A stretch of DNA of 64,000 bases from the human T2T-CHM13v2.0 reference genome, Homo sapiens (GCF_009914755.1 NC_060928.1); one strand, 5' to 3'; shown: positions 47,428 to 63,690, counted from the stretch's first letter. A program made the numbers and translations. The notes: generated from the sequence alone by a model not told the origin.

Positions 47428-50400
47428 GGGATGCTGCTGCCCTACTTCCACTGATGCCCCTCCCCAGCTGACACACATGCACCCTTTTGCACTGCTGAGG
47501 CAGCTGGCATGTGTGAGCATGCAAAGATCCTCTTGCCACTACCCCAGTGAAGCACTCCAATGGGGGTAATTCCCCATTGGAGTACTGTGGCAGTGGACTA
47601 GGAATACCTTGGCTCCTGCAGCACAGCAGGTTCCTAACCTTGAGGGGCCAGAGAACAGAGCTAGGGGCCTGGTTTCAGCCCCCCAGAGCTACAGCACACA
47701 GCTGAGGAGAGCTCAGCTGAGCCTTGACCCCTTAAAATCTTCCAGAAATGAAGCCAGCCAACTGAACCCACCTTATACCACAACCAAACCCCCAAGGGCA
47801 TCAAAGAAGATAAAAGCAAAAAGCCCCATCTATAGGACAACAACTTAAATGTTGAAGGAACATCAGCCCACACAGATGAGAAATAACCAGCACAAGAACT
47901 CTGGCAACTCAAGAAGCCCGAGTATCTTCTTACCTCCATATGAATGTAGTTGTTCCTCAGCAATGATTCTTAACCAGGCTGAAATGACAGACATATAATT
48001 CAGAATATGGATAGAAATGAACATTGACATTCAGGAGAAAGTTGAACCCCAATGCAAGGATTCTAAGGAATACAATAAAATGATATAGGAACTTAAAAAT
48101 GAAATGGCCATTTAAGAGAGAACCAAACTGATCTGATAGAACTAAGAAACTCACTACAAGAATTTCATAATACAACCACAAGTATTAACAGCAGAATAGA
48201 CCAAGCTCAGGAAATAATCTCAGAGCTTGAAGACCATTTCTTTGAAACAACTGTCAGACAAAAATAAAGAAAAAAGAACAAAAAGAATAAACACCTCTGA
48301 GAAATATGGGATTATGTAAAGAGAACAAATCTACAACTCATCTATGTCCCAGAAAGAGAGGGAGAAAGAGTAAGTAATGTGGAAAACATATTTGAGAATA
48401 TCATCCATGAAAATTTCCCCAATCTTGCTAGAGATGCCAATATTCAAATTCAAGAAATGCAGAGAACCCTTGTGAGATACTATACACAATGACCATCCCC
48501 AAAACACAAAGCAATCAGATTCTCCAAGGTCGAAATGAAAGAAAAAAGCATTAAAGGCAGCTAGAGAAAAGAGGCAGGTCATCTACAAATGGAACCCCAT
48601 TAGGCTAAGAGTGGACCTTTCAGCAGAAACTCTACAAGCCAGAAAAGATTGAGGGGCCTATATTCAGCATTCTTAAAGAAAAGAAATTTCAACCAAGAAT
48701 TTCTTATCTAGTTAAAAGAGGCTTCATAAGCAGAGGAGAAATAAGATCCTTTCAGACAAACAAATGCTAAGGGAATTTGTTACCACCAGATGTGCCTTAC
48801 AAGAGGTCCTGAAGGGAGTGCTAAACATAGAAATTAAAGACTGTTACCAGCCACCACAAAAACACACTTAAATACATAGACCATTGACACTATAAAGTAG
48901 AAACTACACAATCAAATCTTCATAATAAACAGCTAGCAACATGATGACAGAATTAAATTTGCATATATCAAAGTATCAACTTTGAATGTAAATGAGCCAA
49001 ATGCCCCAATTAAAAGGCACAGAATGGCAAGTTGGATAAAGAAGCAAGACCCAACAATATACTGTCTTCAAAAGACTCATCTCACATGCAATGATAACTA
49101 TAAGCTCAAAGTAAAGGAATAGAGAAAAATCTACCAAGCAAATTAAAAAAAAAAAAACCAGAAAAAAGCAGGGGTTACTGTTCTAATTTCAGACAAAACA
49201 GACTTTAAACAAACAGTGATGAAAAAAGATGACAAAGAAGGACATTACATAATGGTAAAGGGTTTAGTTCAACAAGAAGACCTAACTACCCTAAATATAT
49301 ATATGAACCCACCACAGAAGCAAACAGATTCATAAAATAAGTTCTTAAAGACCTATGAAGAAACTTAGATAACCACATACAAGCAGTGGGAAGTTTAAAC
49401 ATCCCATTGACAGTACTAGACAGATCACTGAGGCAGAAAACTGACAAAGATATTTGGGACCTGCACTCAACACTTGATCAATGAACCTAACAGACTTTTA
49501 CACAACTTGCCACCCCAAAACAATAGAATATACATTATTCTCATCTGCACATGGCACGTACTGTAAATTGGCCACATGATCAGCCATAAAACAATTCTCA
49601 GCAAATTTAAAAAAACTGAACCACACTCTTAGACCACAGTGCAGTAACAATAGAAATAAATACTAAAAAGAACTCTCAAAACCATAGAGTTACATAGAAA
49701 TTAAGCAACCTGTTTCCTGAATGACTTTTGGGTAAACAATAAAATTAAGTCAGAAATTAAGAAATTCTTTGAAACTATTGAGAACAAAGATACAATATAA
49801 CAGAATCTCTGAGACAGGGCTAAAGCATGCTAAGAGAAAAGTTTATAGCACTAAATGCCCCCATATAAAAGTTAGAAAGATCTCAAATTAACAACCTATC
49901 CTTACGGCTAGAAGAAATAGAAAAACAAGAGCAAACCAACCCCAAGGTTAGCAGAAGAAAAGAAATAACCAAAATTACACCTGAACTGAATGAAATTGGG
50001 ACATGACAAGCAATACAAAAAGATCAAGGAATCCAGGAGTTGGTTTTTTGAAAGAATAAATAAGATTATTTAAAGAATAAATAAGATTATAAATAAGAAC
50101 AAATAAGATTATTTGAAAGAATAAATAAGACCACAGCTAGACTAACAAAGAAAAAAAGAGAGAACATCCCAATAAACACAATTGGAAATGACAAAGGGAC
50201 ATTACCCCAGAGAAATACAAAAAATCCTCAGACTATTATGAACACCTCTATGCAAACAAATTAGAATAACTACAAGAAATGGGTAAATTTCTGGAGACGT
50301 ACAACCTCCCAAGATTGAACCAGGAAGAAATTAAAATCCTGAACAGACAAATAATGAATTCTGAAATTGAATCAGTAATAAAAAGGTTACCAACTAGAAA

Positions 50401-51378
50401 AAGCCCAGGACCAGAATGATTCACAGCCAAATTCTGCCAGATATATAACGAAGACCTGGTAGCATTCCTACTGAAAATATTCCAAAAAATTGAAGAGGAA
50501 GAACTCCCCAAGTCATTCTATGAGGATAGCATCATCCTGATACCCAAACCTGGCAGAGACACAATAAAAAAGAAAAAGGCCAATATCCTTGATGAACACT
50601 GATGCAAAAATCCTCAGCAAAATACTAGCAAATGGAATTCAGCAGCACATGAAAAAGCTAATCCATCACGATCAAGTAGACTTTATCCCTGGCATGCAAA
50701 GTTGGTTCAACATATGTACCAATAATTGTGATTCATCACATAATTAGAACTAAACCCCAAAACCATATAATAATCTCGATACAGAAATGGCTTTTAATAA
50801 AATTCAGCATAACTTCATGTTAAAAGCCTTCAACAAATAGGCATGAAGGAATATATCTTAAAATAATGTCATTTATGACAAACCCATAGCCAACATCACA
50901 CTGAACAGGCAAAAGCTGGAAGTATTACCCTTGAAAACCAGAGCAAGTCGAGGATGCCCTCTTTCAACACTCCTATTCAACATAATACTGGAAGTTCTAG
51001 CCAGAACAATCAGGCAGGAGAAAGAAAGAAAAGGCATCCAAGTAGGAAGAGAGGAAGTCAAACAATCTCTGTCTGTAGATGATATGATTCTACACCTAGA
51101 AAACCCCATAGTCTCTGCCCAAAAGCTCCTAGATATAAAAAACTACAGAAAATTTTCAGGATACAAAATCAATGTACCAAAATCAGTAGCATTTCTATAC
51201 ACCAACAAGTCCAAGCTGTGAGCCAAATCAAGAACAAGATTCCATATACAACAGCCACAAAAAGAAAATACCCTAGGAATACAGCTAACCAGGGAAGTGA
51301 AGGATCTCTACAATGAGAATTACAAAACACTGCTGAAAGAAATCAGATATGACACAAAGGGAAAAACATTTCATGCTA
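47428..51378 (+). mobile_element. Older primate L1 (L1PA13-16/L1PB-type): part of 5'UTR, decayed ORF1 and ORF2, 3'-truncated
   Basis: ORF1-like start atgagaaataaccagcacaagaactctggcaac (~47877); RT peptide at 50931-51221 ([18 protein letters not shown]...[10 protein letters not shown]). Confidence 0.88.
50050..50130. repeat. Short tandem repeat of ~21-bp unit (aaagaataaataagattattt) inside L1 ORF2
   Basis: About four imperfect copies read directly. Confidence 0.8.
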
Positions 51379-51452
51379 CAGTATCTTGGCATCACTATAA
51401 ATGCATAACAGCCTTGAAATCAGAAATATACTGGTTGTATGATCTTGGGTAA

Positions 51453-51731
<279 letters not shown>

Positions 51732-52299
51732 TCTCATCAGCTTTTATTGGGCATAGTACTATCTGTTTTTCTTCATATTCACAGCTAGGGAAAGCAGAAT
51801 CACATTTGAGGACAGACACCCAAATATGAGTTGACTGGATAAGTTTATTAGAAATTATGGCCTGCTTTTTGTACTAACAAAAATAAGACTTCTTACTGGT
51901 TTATATTCCAGTGTCTTACATATAAATGATCAGCTCAGTTTAAAAAATTTTTATGCTTTACTTATTTCAATAAGCTTCTTAAAATCCTTTTCGGAATGAG
52001 GTAGATATAAGTACATACATAAACACACATATATACATATCTTGCTATTATGGGAATTAAGTGAGATGTTTGTACAACTTATAGCAAAAGCTATGGTATT
52101 TAAAACTTATTAGAAGTCTGTACTGCTGTTATATTGCTAGGCTTTGCTTTCAAAATAGTGAAAAATTTTGATGGATTTAGAAGTTCCATTTTCACCTTGG
52201 TTTTTTAGAATGTCTGTTTGATTATATATTAATAATGGACACAGTGTGGTATTGTAAAAAGAACTGGGCAATCTAAGTTCTCTGTTTTTCATTTGCTAC

Positions 52300-52557
<258 letters not shown>

Positions 52558-52651
52558 CTGATACATCATATTGAGTAAATTTCTTGTCATTTCATCTCTC
52601 TGCTCGATTCCAAACCTATAAAGTGACGTAGGGAGTGAGGATCTTAGATGA

Positions 52652-52970
<319 letters not shown>

Positions 52971-54003
52971 AGGCTTTAACAGTTTTAAGTCTATGATTCT
53001 ATTATCTGAGGGGCATACCAAGAAATAGGCTGAAAGAATAGCAATACGTACTTCTTGGGAACTTCATTTCTTAAATACCATGTATGTGCATATGTATCAC
53101 TTAATATAAACAACTTGTCTTTCCTTGGTGTGTCCATACACAATACTATGGGTTTATGCTTTTGGAGCAATGTTGTGCAACAGTGACATCTAGTGACTAC
53201 ATATCACAGATCATTCAGCAAAACTTCATGGCCAACTTGTACTCTTCTAAATGTGGATGATTTACTTTGTAGCCCAGCTAAATACTTTTAAATAATTCCT
53301 CACCTCTCTCCTCTAAAGAAAGGTATGCCAATTAAATTTGACAACAGCATTAATAATTGGCTAAATAAGAACTGAAATTTCCTTTAAAAATCATAATGTA
53401 TATGGAATTCAGTATAAATTATTCTAAATGAGACTGCAGCTCTTTTCCTTCCACTGAGAGTGGCAAAGCTGGGATTTTCAATTCCAGTGTGTTTAAATAT
53501 AGTCTATTCTCTTATCTACTATGCATTGCTGACATGTAGTAGGCATTTAACACATACTTATTCAATTAATGTTAGGTAAAACATATGCATCAACAGTTGT
53601 GAGTATGTATTGCTTTGGAATCTTTGGAACTATTGCTGCCTTTCAAACAAAGAACTCTTCTTGAGGTCAGATAAAAGATTAACACAATTATAAACAACCA
53701 CAGTATACATCTTTCTGAACAAATGAATTTGAGACCTACATGCATGCATAACAGAATACTCTTTATAAAAGGCATTCAAACTAGGTCAGTATTTTTTTTT
53801 AAGATAATGACTACCTAGTATTATTATTTAATCAGGACAATACAAATCTGGGCTAAACTTCTACTACTATAATTCAAATTGACTGTCATTGTTAAAATTC
53901 CTAATAGTATTTAGGATTTGATCTCATTAGTCAGATAGTACCTTGATTTTAAACCGTTTTCGGGTGCCTAGATCTTGTTGCCACAATAAAGTGACACGGT
54001 GTC

Positions 54004-54361
54004 TGTCTTAGGTCATTTTGTACGCTGTAACAGAATACCACAGATTGGATAATTTATAATGAAAAAAATTTCTTTCTCACAGTTCTGGAGGCTGAGAAGT
54101 TCAAGATCAAGGCACCAGCATCTTGAGAGGGCCTTCTTGTTCCATTCTCTGGAGGGGAGGGAGTCTATGTCCTCCTCACATGGCAGAAGGTATAAGGGTA
54201 AGGGACGCAAATGGGTGGCAGAACTTGTCCTTTTATAATGAAATTAACCTCACCCATGTGGGCACAGCCCTCAAGGCCTAATAACCTCTTAAAGGTCCCA
54301 CCTCTTGATACTGTTACAATCAACATGAGTTTTGGAGGGGACAAACATTCAAACCATAGTA
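54004..54361 (-). mobile_element. MST-family solo LTR inserted into the terminus of the adjacent LTR
   Basis: TGTCTTAG...AAACCATAGTA; TSD gtgtc at 53999-54003 and 54362-54366. Confidence 0.82.
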
Positions 54362-54362
54362 G

Positions 54363-56898
54363 TGTCTTAGTCTATTTGTGTTGCTTTAACAAAATCCTCA
54401 AGATTGGGTAATTTATAAATAACAAAAATTTATTTTGTCACAGTTCTGGAGGCTGGAAAATCCAAGATCAAAGTGCTGACAGATTTGGCATCTGGTAAAA
54501 GCTCAGATCTCTGCTTCCAAAATGGTGCCTTGAATGCTGCATCTTCTGGAGGAAATAAATGCTGTATCTTTACATGTTGGAAGAGACAGAAGGGCGAAAA
54601 GGGGCTAGCTAGCTCCCTCCACTTATTTTATAAGGGCATTAATCCATTTATGAGGGCAGAGCCCTCATGACCTAGTCACCTCCTAAAGGCCCCAGCTCTT
54701 AATACTGTTGCATTGGGGATTAAGTTTCAACATGAAATTGGAGGGACACAAACATTCAAACCATAGCATTTTGCCCCTTCCCCCGCAACAAATTCATGTC
54801 TTTCTCACATATAAAACACACTTGTTCCATCCCAGTAGCTCCAAAAGTCTTAACTGTTTCCGATACCAACTCAAAAGTCCAGAGTCCAGAGTCTCATCTA
54901 AATCAGATATGGGTGAGACTCAAGGTTTGATTCATCCTGAGGCAAATTGCTCTCCAGCTGTAAGCCTATGATATCAAGCAAGTTATATCATTCTAAAATA
55001 CAATAGTGGGACAGACAGAGGAAAGATAGATATTCCCTTTTCAAAAGGGAGGAAATAGAAAAGGAGAAAGGGGTAATAAGTTCCAAGTAAGTCCCAAACC
55101 CAGCAAGGCAAACAACATTAAATCTTGAGACTTGAGAATAATCTTCTTTGACTCCATGTCCTGCCTTCTGCATACAATGGGGAAGGGGTTGAGCCCCCAT
55201 GTCTCCTGGGAGCCTTGCCTGCATGGCTTTAGGGGGAGCAGACCATGCACCAGTTCTCACATGTTGGCATTACATGCCTGTCGCTCTCCCAGGCAGGAAT
55301 TGCACACTGGTATCTCTAGTGGCCTACAGTCTTGGTGGTGGCTCTGCCCCCATAGCTCCACTAGGCATTGCTCTTATGGGGGCTCTCTGCGGTATCCCTG
55401 ACTCCACAGCTCTTGTAGGCACTGCCCTAGTGGTGACTCTCTGTGCTGACCTCACACCTCTGGCAGTTCTGTGCCTGGGCCCCAAGGTTCTCTGTGACCT
55501 CCTTTGAAATCTATGCGGAGATAGCCATGACTACAGACTTAGCACCACATGGGCACCACCAAGGTTTACTGTTTATACTCTCTGACACTGCACCTGGGCC
55601 TGCTTGAGCCACAGCTGGTGTGGCTAAGGAATGCTGAGCCACATGTGTGGAGCAGAAAGTTGACGTGGCCCTAGGCAGCAAGCCCTGAGGTCCCATGGAC
55701 ACCCTGGGCCCCTCCCTTGAAACTGTTCTGCCCTGAAGGCCCTGGCACTCTGAGCCTGTGATAAGAGTGGTAGCCTCAAAGATCTCTGAAATACCTTCAG
55801 GGCCACTCCTCCACTGACTTGATGAATAACATCTGGCTTCCTTCCATCCATACTAATCTGCTTATCAAACATGCACTTGGCCATATTCTTGGTATTCTCT
55901 CCTGAACTCAGTCTTTACAACCTGGTTAGGCTGAAAAATTTCCAATTCTTTAAGTTCTGCTTCCTTTTTGATTATAAATTCCATCTTGAATTAATTTTTC
56001 TCTTTTTGTCCAGTATCATAAACAGTCAAGAGAAGCATGTAGCACCCTCAGCATTTTGTTTAGGTATTTCTTCCCCTAAATATCCTATTTCATTGCTCAC
56101 AGGTTCTGCCTTTCACAAAGCATTAGGACACAGGTGGAATTCAGCCAAGTTCTTTGCTACTTTATAACAAGGATGACCTTTCCTCCAGTTTCTAGTAAGA
56201 CATTCTTTATTTCCACTGAAGAACTCATCAGAATGGTCTTTACTCTCCACATTTCTACCAGCCTTCTGATCATGATTAACTTAGATAATCTCTAAGAACA
56301 TGAAGGCTCTTTATACAGCTCTCCTCGTCTTCTGAACCTTCATCAGAATTGCCCTTAATGCTCTGTTCATGGTAATCTAGACTTTTTCTAGGAGGCACTT
56401 CACAACTGTTCTAGCTTTTATTCACTACTAGCTACAAAGCTGCTTTTACAATAATAGGCATTTGTTATAGGAACACTCCACTTCTTAGTAACAATTTCTT
56501 AGCCCATTCCTGCTGCTATGCCAAAATACTTGAGACTGAGTAATCTATAAATAACAGAAACCTACTTTCTCACAATTCTGGAGGCTGGGAAATCCAAGAT
56601 TAAGGTTCAGTCAGGTTCAGTGTCTGGTGAGGTCTCTGCTTCCAAAAGGGTGCCTTGAACATTGTATTCTCTGAAGGGAATGAACATTGTGTCCTCACAT
56701 GGTGGAAGGCATGTAAAGGCAAAAAAGTCCTAGCTAGCTGTCCCCAGGCCTCTTGTAAGGACTTTTATAATACATTCATGAGGGCAGATCCCTCATGACC
56801 TAACCATTTCCTAAAGGCCTCACCTCTTAATATTGTTGCATTGGAGATTAAGTTTCAGCATGAATTTTGGAAGAGACATAAACAGTCAAACCATAGCA
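54363..56898 (-). mobile_element. Complete older MaLR (MSTC/MSTD-type) provirus: LTR 54363-54768, internal region, LTR ~56496-56898
   Basis: Both LTRs end ...caaaccatagca and share ttctggaggctgg...atccaagat and catgacct...cctaaaggcc; MaLR-int interior. Confidence 0.85.
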
Positions 56899-59720
56899 TA
56901 AACCATTCCAGGCATGTTTTATATTCTTTTCTTTCTCTTAGCACCAAACACAATGGTTTTTCTCAACTATAGACAAAGCTACCAAAAACTTACCCAGAAT
57001 CCAAGGTTTGCTATACATGGAATCAAACTGTCTCACCAGCTTTCTTTCTGGTTCTTTCTTTTGACCCAACATTTCAGTCAAACTGTTAACTGCACTCCAT
57101 GCCTTTATTTGGTTGGAACATCTTCCCACTGAACCTCTTTGTAAATATCCATTGATTATTCTAAATAAAGCTTCCTGCAATGCACACTACATAAACTGGA
57201 TGTGTTTTTCCCCTTTTGAATTCTCACATCATTTTGTTATTTGCTCTACCATCCTTACCTCTCTGGTGTCCTTTCTTTGTCTTTGTTAGTGGTTTCTTTC
57301 CCCTATTCATCCTTTAAATATTGGGCTTCCTCAGAATTCTTCTCTATGCCCTATTCTCTTCTCACTCTATATACATTTCTCAACATCTATTCTACTATTA
57401 TGGCTACAATTCTAACTAATATGCTGAGGAATTTGAACTAGAAAAGCTCTCAAGATTCTATTTAGTATATCTAATTACTTATTGAATATCTCTACTTGTC
57501 TTACAAGCATCTTAAGTTAGTATATGCACAAACTCAAGATCTTTCCCCACCAAAGTTATTCCTTCTCTGGATAATTTCCTATCTCAGAGAATGAAGCCAC
57601 CATCGACCTAGTTGTTCAAAACAGAAACTGAGAAGTCATTCTTTCTCGCTGCTTTTCTTTATCTGCTAAAATCAAGTGAATTACTAAATCATGTTAAGAC
57701 AAGTTACTGAATGTTTAAAAATTTTATTCATTTCTTTCCAGATAAATTGTCACTAGTCCAGTCCAGGCCATAAGCATTTCCCCACCTAAACACCGTAATG
57801 GCTTTCCAACTTTTCCCCACATCCAGTCTTGTTCCTCCTCAATGTAATTTTCACAATGCAGAACAATATTCTTAAATGTAAGCTTGATTATGGCAACAAC
57901 CTTCTTAATATTCCTCAATGACTTCCCATAGAAGAAAAATGTTAAAACTCCTTACATTCAGCTTATAGGGTCCTTTGAATAAGGCTCTAACCTTGACCCT
58001 GCCTACCTTCTCATTCATCACTTGACACTCTAAACTTTAGCCATACTAAATTTTTGTTCTTCAAACTTGCCATGTCTCACATCTCCAAAACTTTATGCAT
58101 TCTGTACGCTGCCTTCCAACACCAACACTCTTGCTTTTCATCCAGCTAACGCTTCATCAATTTAGAAGTCATTTCTTCCAGAAGATTTCCTGACGCTACC
58201 TTCAACATGCATCCTTATCATGGCATCCAATGCTTATCACAGCATCCACCCCACTATTTTAATCCTTGTTTAACTGTCATCATTTTTAAATTTGACAAAT
58301 ATTCATTGAGAGCCCATTATATTACAGATACTGTATTCTCCTCTGTATACAGAATGTGGTAAATATAGAGTATTGTAGAAGCACGTTTAGGATGTGAGAG
58401 AAGTCCAAGAAATGCTTTTTAGTGACTTGTGTTCCCATCTATTTCCCTACTAAATTAAACCAGAGACAGTTTCATAATCATTTCTGAGTTATTTGAATTG
58501 CCTAACATAGTATATAGTAGATAAATATTTTATACCATCAATTATTGGATTTTAAATACATACTAAATATTCTTTGCATTGTAAGAGGCCACCAGCCAGC
58601 CAATACTTTCTACCCAGCAACTTTTTCTTTGATATCACTTTGCATACAATAGAGTGTAAAAAGCAAAGAGACAAACTAATATAGTGGAAAATATGGGACT
58701 TAGAGTCAGAACACTGTGATTAATAATTCTGCCACTTACTAGGTATATGTCCTTCGTCAAGACCCTTAACCTCTCTGAGTCTCAATTTCCTCATCTGAAA
58801 AAGGCCATTAGGAGAATGAAATGAGATAAAGAGAAAATAAAAGCATAAAATGTAAGAGGTTATCCAAAATGATGTCTATTATTATTATTGTTATTAAAGT
58901 CAATGCAGATCAAGTCTCCTTATGACTGGTTATCCCAGCTCTGTAAGGCTACAAGATTTTCAAAGTTCATTCTTCATCTTCCCTTTACCATCCAAGAGAT
59001 AATCTTTTGTACTTTAATAAACACATATTGATGGAAATGGTTAAAAATCACAAAGAAAAACAAGCCCAAAATTGAATAAGTATACATTAATGTATGAAAG
59101 GGACAAGACAAAAGTACCAGCCTATGACAGTTTATAATTTGAATGTATGGACCAAAAAAAAAAAAAAAAAAATCAGGCCACAATTTTTTTTAATGTTGAC
59201 CAGAAGGGTAGGTAGGTGGCACAAAAGAGTAATGCTGTGAACTGTTTCACAGTAAAATGGTAACCCATTGACCTAGAAAGTCAAGATATCTGGGCTCAAA
59301 TACTAATTTAGCTACTAATTCAACCACTAATACCCAGGTGGTCTACCCACCCAACACTCTAGTCTTTCAGTTCCTTGATCTCCTTAGCTCCTATTGTCTT
59401 TTTCTTTCACTGTATCTCAGCCACTCACTCACAGGGCCACAAATCTCAAATGGCCACTCAACTTTGCCCAGCTGTGCTATTATTCTGATTGCTTTCCATC
59501 CTCCAAATGACTATTTTGTATCTTATCTTCTCCCCTTAAACCTCCTACCCAAATATTCCTCCTCACTCTTTACTAATCTTGCGTCATACCTTATCTTCAT
59601 TGAGAAAAAGTATCAGTATCAGGCCGAAGGTCTCACCTCTGACCACTGAATCTACCCATCTATCTGCATCTCTACCCATACTTGCTGTCTTTCTTCTTAC
59701 CAGAAATTATACGTTCATGT

Positions 59721-60050
<330 letters not shown>

Positions 60051-60230
60051 TTATATGTTCATGTTCCTACCTAAGGCCAATACTTCTATATATTCCCTGG
60101 ATTCCATACCCTCTCATTTTCTCAAAGACTTCACTCCTAAAATATACACACTCTCTCTTATACCATCATTTCCACCCCCCTCTATTGGATTATTCTCAGT
60201 CTAAATATGCTTAAGTGTCCTTATCTTTAA

Positions 60231-60779
<549 letters not shown>

Positions 60780-62667
60780 TAGTTTTCCATATGCTGGTGA
60801 CTCCCAACTTTGCATCTTTGGTTCCTTGCACTCTGCACAGAGCTAAAGCCTCAAATTACCTTTGATTTCTAATAAGAATGTAAAAATTAAGGTAAGCAAA
60901 ATAAAACTCCCCCCTCCCACCGCCCTGGCTGCTCCTTTTTCTTCCTTAGTCTTTTCCATTTGGTAAATGGCACAATCATCCACACAAGCTCAAGACAAAA
61001 ATTTAGGGGCTAGAGGTGACTCCTTTTTCATCACCTCTATATTCAAAACATCACAAAATCTGTAGGCTCTGCCCCCAAAATAGAGCTCACATACATCTAC
61101 TTCTCTGCTATTTTATCCCAAACTTGTCATTCCTCTTTGGATTTCTGCAATTATCTTCTGCTATAGATCTTGCTCCCCACCCAGTATGATTCAGTCATCA
61201 CATAATAGGCAGAACAAACCTTTTTACAATGTAAATCAGATCCTATCACTCCCTCCAACTCACTACTGGTTTCTCTTTACACTTTAAATAAATTCCAAAC
61301 TTATTCCATGGGTAGATTTCCATGGCCTATTCAAAGCCTTACATGATTTGGCCCCTACCTATCCCTCCAAGCTCATCCTGTACCACTTTCTCTACATTTT
61401 AGCTTCAGTGGTCTTGATGATGTTCCTGGAAGGAGCCAAGTTCTTTCCTTCCTTAGGGCTCTTGCAATTGGAGTTGCCTTTACCTGTAGTGCGCTGATCC
61501 CAAATATTTCCATGGTTGGTTTTTAAAAATATCACTAAGCAATCAATCTAAACTAACCCCTCCCCCAGTCTTAAGGAAGACCTTTACACTGTTTTACTTC
61601 TTCACTGTGCTTACTATTATCCAAAATTCCTTGCTCATATAGTTTACCTATTTTCTATCTTACACTCACTAGAATTTAAACTTCATAAGAACAGCGATCT
61701 TGCTAGTCTTTCTTACCATTGTATTCACAATGCCTAAAACAACGCCTGACAAAGTAGGATATTCTTTAAAAAATACTTAATGAATGCCTTTCCCTAAGCA
61801 AGTCACTTGACTTCTCTACTTAACTCACACTGGTGAGTTTACTACTGCTAGACTAAGCTCTGGATCCAGGAAAAACAAAAGTGGCTAAGGTATGGCTTCT
61901 TCAGAAGCTCATCCATTCATTCCCTCAAAAAATATTTATTGAACATATATTACACTATGTTCCAGGTACTATTCAATCTCAGTGTTTAGTAAACACCACA
62001 GTAACATGGGATTTGGTTAACCAACAGAAGTGTTTAAACAGGATGAGTACAAAAATAAGTACAAAATGAGAAGTACTATAAAAACGATACTTTATATGTT
62101 ACAACTATAGCACCCACCTATTTCCTTGTGTCTAGTAATTGGCAGGACCTTATGACAAGAGCCAACTGAAAAACAGCAGTATAAATTCTGGTACTCTAAA
62201 AGCCCAGACTTCACCACTGTGCAATATATCCACACAACAAAACTGAACTGGTACTAACTAAATCTGTATAGAATTTTAAAAAGTAAGTTAAAAAAAATTC
62301 TGGTACTCACAGGGGACAATACCTATGAATGCCCTTTTCATAGGCACACAGTGACTAAAATATTTGGGGCATGAATTCTCTAGGGGTGACAATAATAAGT
62401 GTCATTTTTCATGCTTCTGTTGCACACATAATTATATTTATCTCTAAGGAAAATCAGAGAGTGGGGTGTGGCCTCCCTCAGTGCCACCTGGGCCAGTTGT
62501 CTCCCCACATCACCAAATCTGTTATTTCACAGGCTCTAGGACACCCATAGAGGGGAGTGAGGGACCTGGTATGGTCCCGTGAAGAGCTCTTGTAACACTA
62601 CTGATTGATGTGACAGACACAGTATGTGTGCAACTTTCCTTTTTCCTTCAAAAGCACTGGTCTAAAG

Positions 62668-62981
62668 CAGGGATCCCCAACCCCTGGGCAGCAGACAGGT
62701 ACAGGTTTGTGGCCTATTAGGAACAGGCCACACAGCAGGTGAGCAGGGCTAGAGGATTATGCCTGAGCTCCAGCTCCTGTCAGATGAGCAAAGGCATTAG
62801 ATTCTCATAGGAGCACAGACCTGATTATGAACTGCGCATGTGAGGGATCTAAATTGCGCCTTCTCAAGAGAATCTAATGCCTGATGATCTGAGATAGAAG
62901 AGTGTCATCCCATCTTGCCCCCCACCCCAAACTGTCTTCCATGAAACTGATCCCTGGTGCCAAAAAGGTTGGGGACTGCTG
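62668..62981 (+). mobile_element. MER1B (hAT-Charlie non-autonomous DNA transposon)
   Basis: TIRs CAGGGATCCCCAACC / GGTTGGGGACTGCTG; internal gcattagattctcataggagc and gaatctaatgcctgatgatctg are typical of MER1B. Confidence 0.88.
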
Positions 62982-63379
62982 GAAGTGCTTGTCCCCTGGG
63001 TTAAAGCCAAGAGGAGTAAACAGGATTAAGGGGCGTGGATGTGGGTGGGTGGGGGAAGAGAGCTTTCTCAGGATCGGCAACCAATCCCAGAATCTCCAGT
63101 CGCAGGAGCATGTATGTGAAGGTTTATTTGCAGGGATCCACCGTTTGTAAAATAGTACACGCTTAATAAAATTAATTTTGAGGTCAATCTTAACTGACAG
63201 ATCTCTTCTTTCTTACTGGCGAGTATTTGTAAAATAAGAAAAACAGGAGGAAAAGAGAACAAACAAGAGAGATGTGGGATGACGGAGTAAGGAAAGGAGT
63301 CACGGAGAGGAGAGACAATGTCTGTGGCTGTTCCCTCAGCGTCTGGGAGAAGAGCCCAAGAATCCCATTGAACTGAGGG

Positions 63380-63690
63380 GGAGGAAAGGCCCTCCTGCGG
63401 CCTACCGCAAGGAAACGATCGCGGCAGACCCGGGACTAGCGCCAAAGGGCTTGGAAGGGCGGCGTTAAGAAAAATGGGCCGTACCTACAACTTCTTTCGC
63501 AGCCCTCGCTGGCCCGGGAGCGGCCCAGGAGCCCAGTGACCGTTGCGTAAGCCACGCGCCACCCAGGTGGGCAGGGTGGTGACGCGAAAGCCCGGATAGA
63601 CTTCCGCGCAGGGGCGGGGCGGGGCGAGGAGGCGGCAGCGCGTTTAAGTGACGTCTTGGCTGTCCGCGCCGGCAGAGGCGAGGGTTCTGG
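63380..63690. promoter_or_regulatory. CpG-island promoter of SLC9B1 with tandem Sp1 GC boxes (63611-63626), near-consensus CRE (63649-63656) and ETS-like GCGGAAG (63601-63607, minus)
   Basis: Abrupt GC- and CpG-rich segment in otherwise CpG-depleted DNA; motifs ggggcggggcggggcg, TGACGTCT and cttccgc are read directly. Confidence 0.85.
63485..63600 (-). other. SLC9B1: SLC9B1 putative non-coding exon 1 (TSS approximate)
   Basis: Donor GTTGTAG|gtacgg at 63485/63484 lies inside the CpG island just downstream of the GC boxes. The TSS is inferred from the GC-box/ETS positions only. Confidence 0.75.

Noticed and set aside
50050-50130. Short direct-repeat array as a functional element
   Set aside because: It is a slippage expansion of an L1 ORF2 A-rich motif with no unique spacers.
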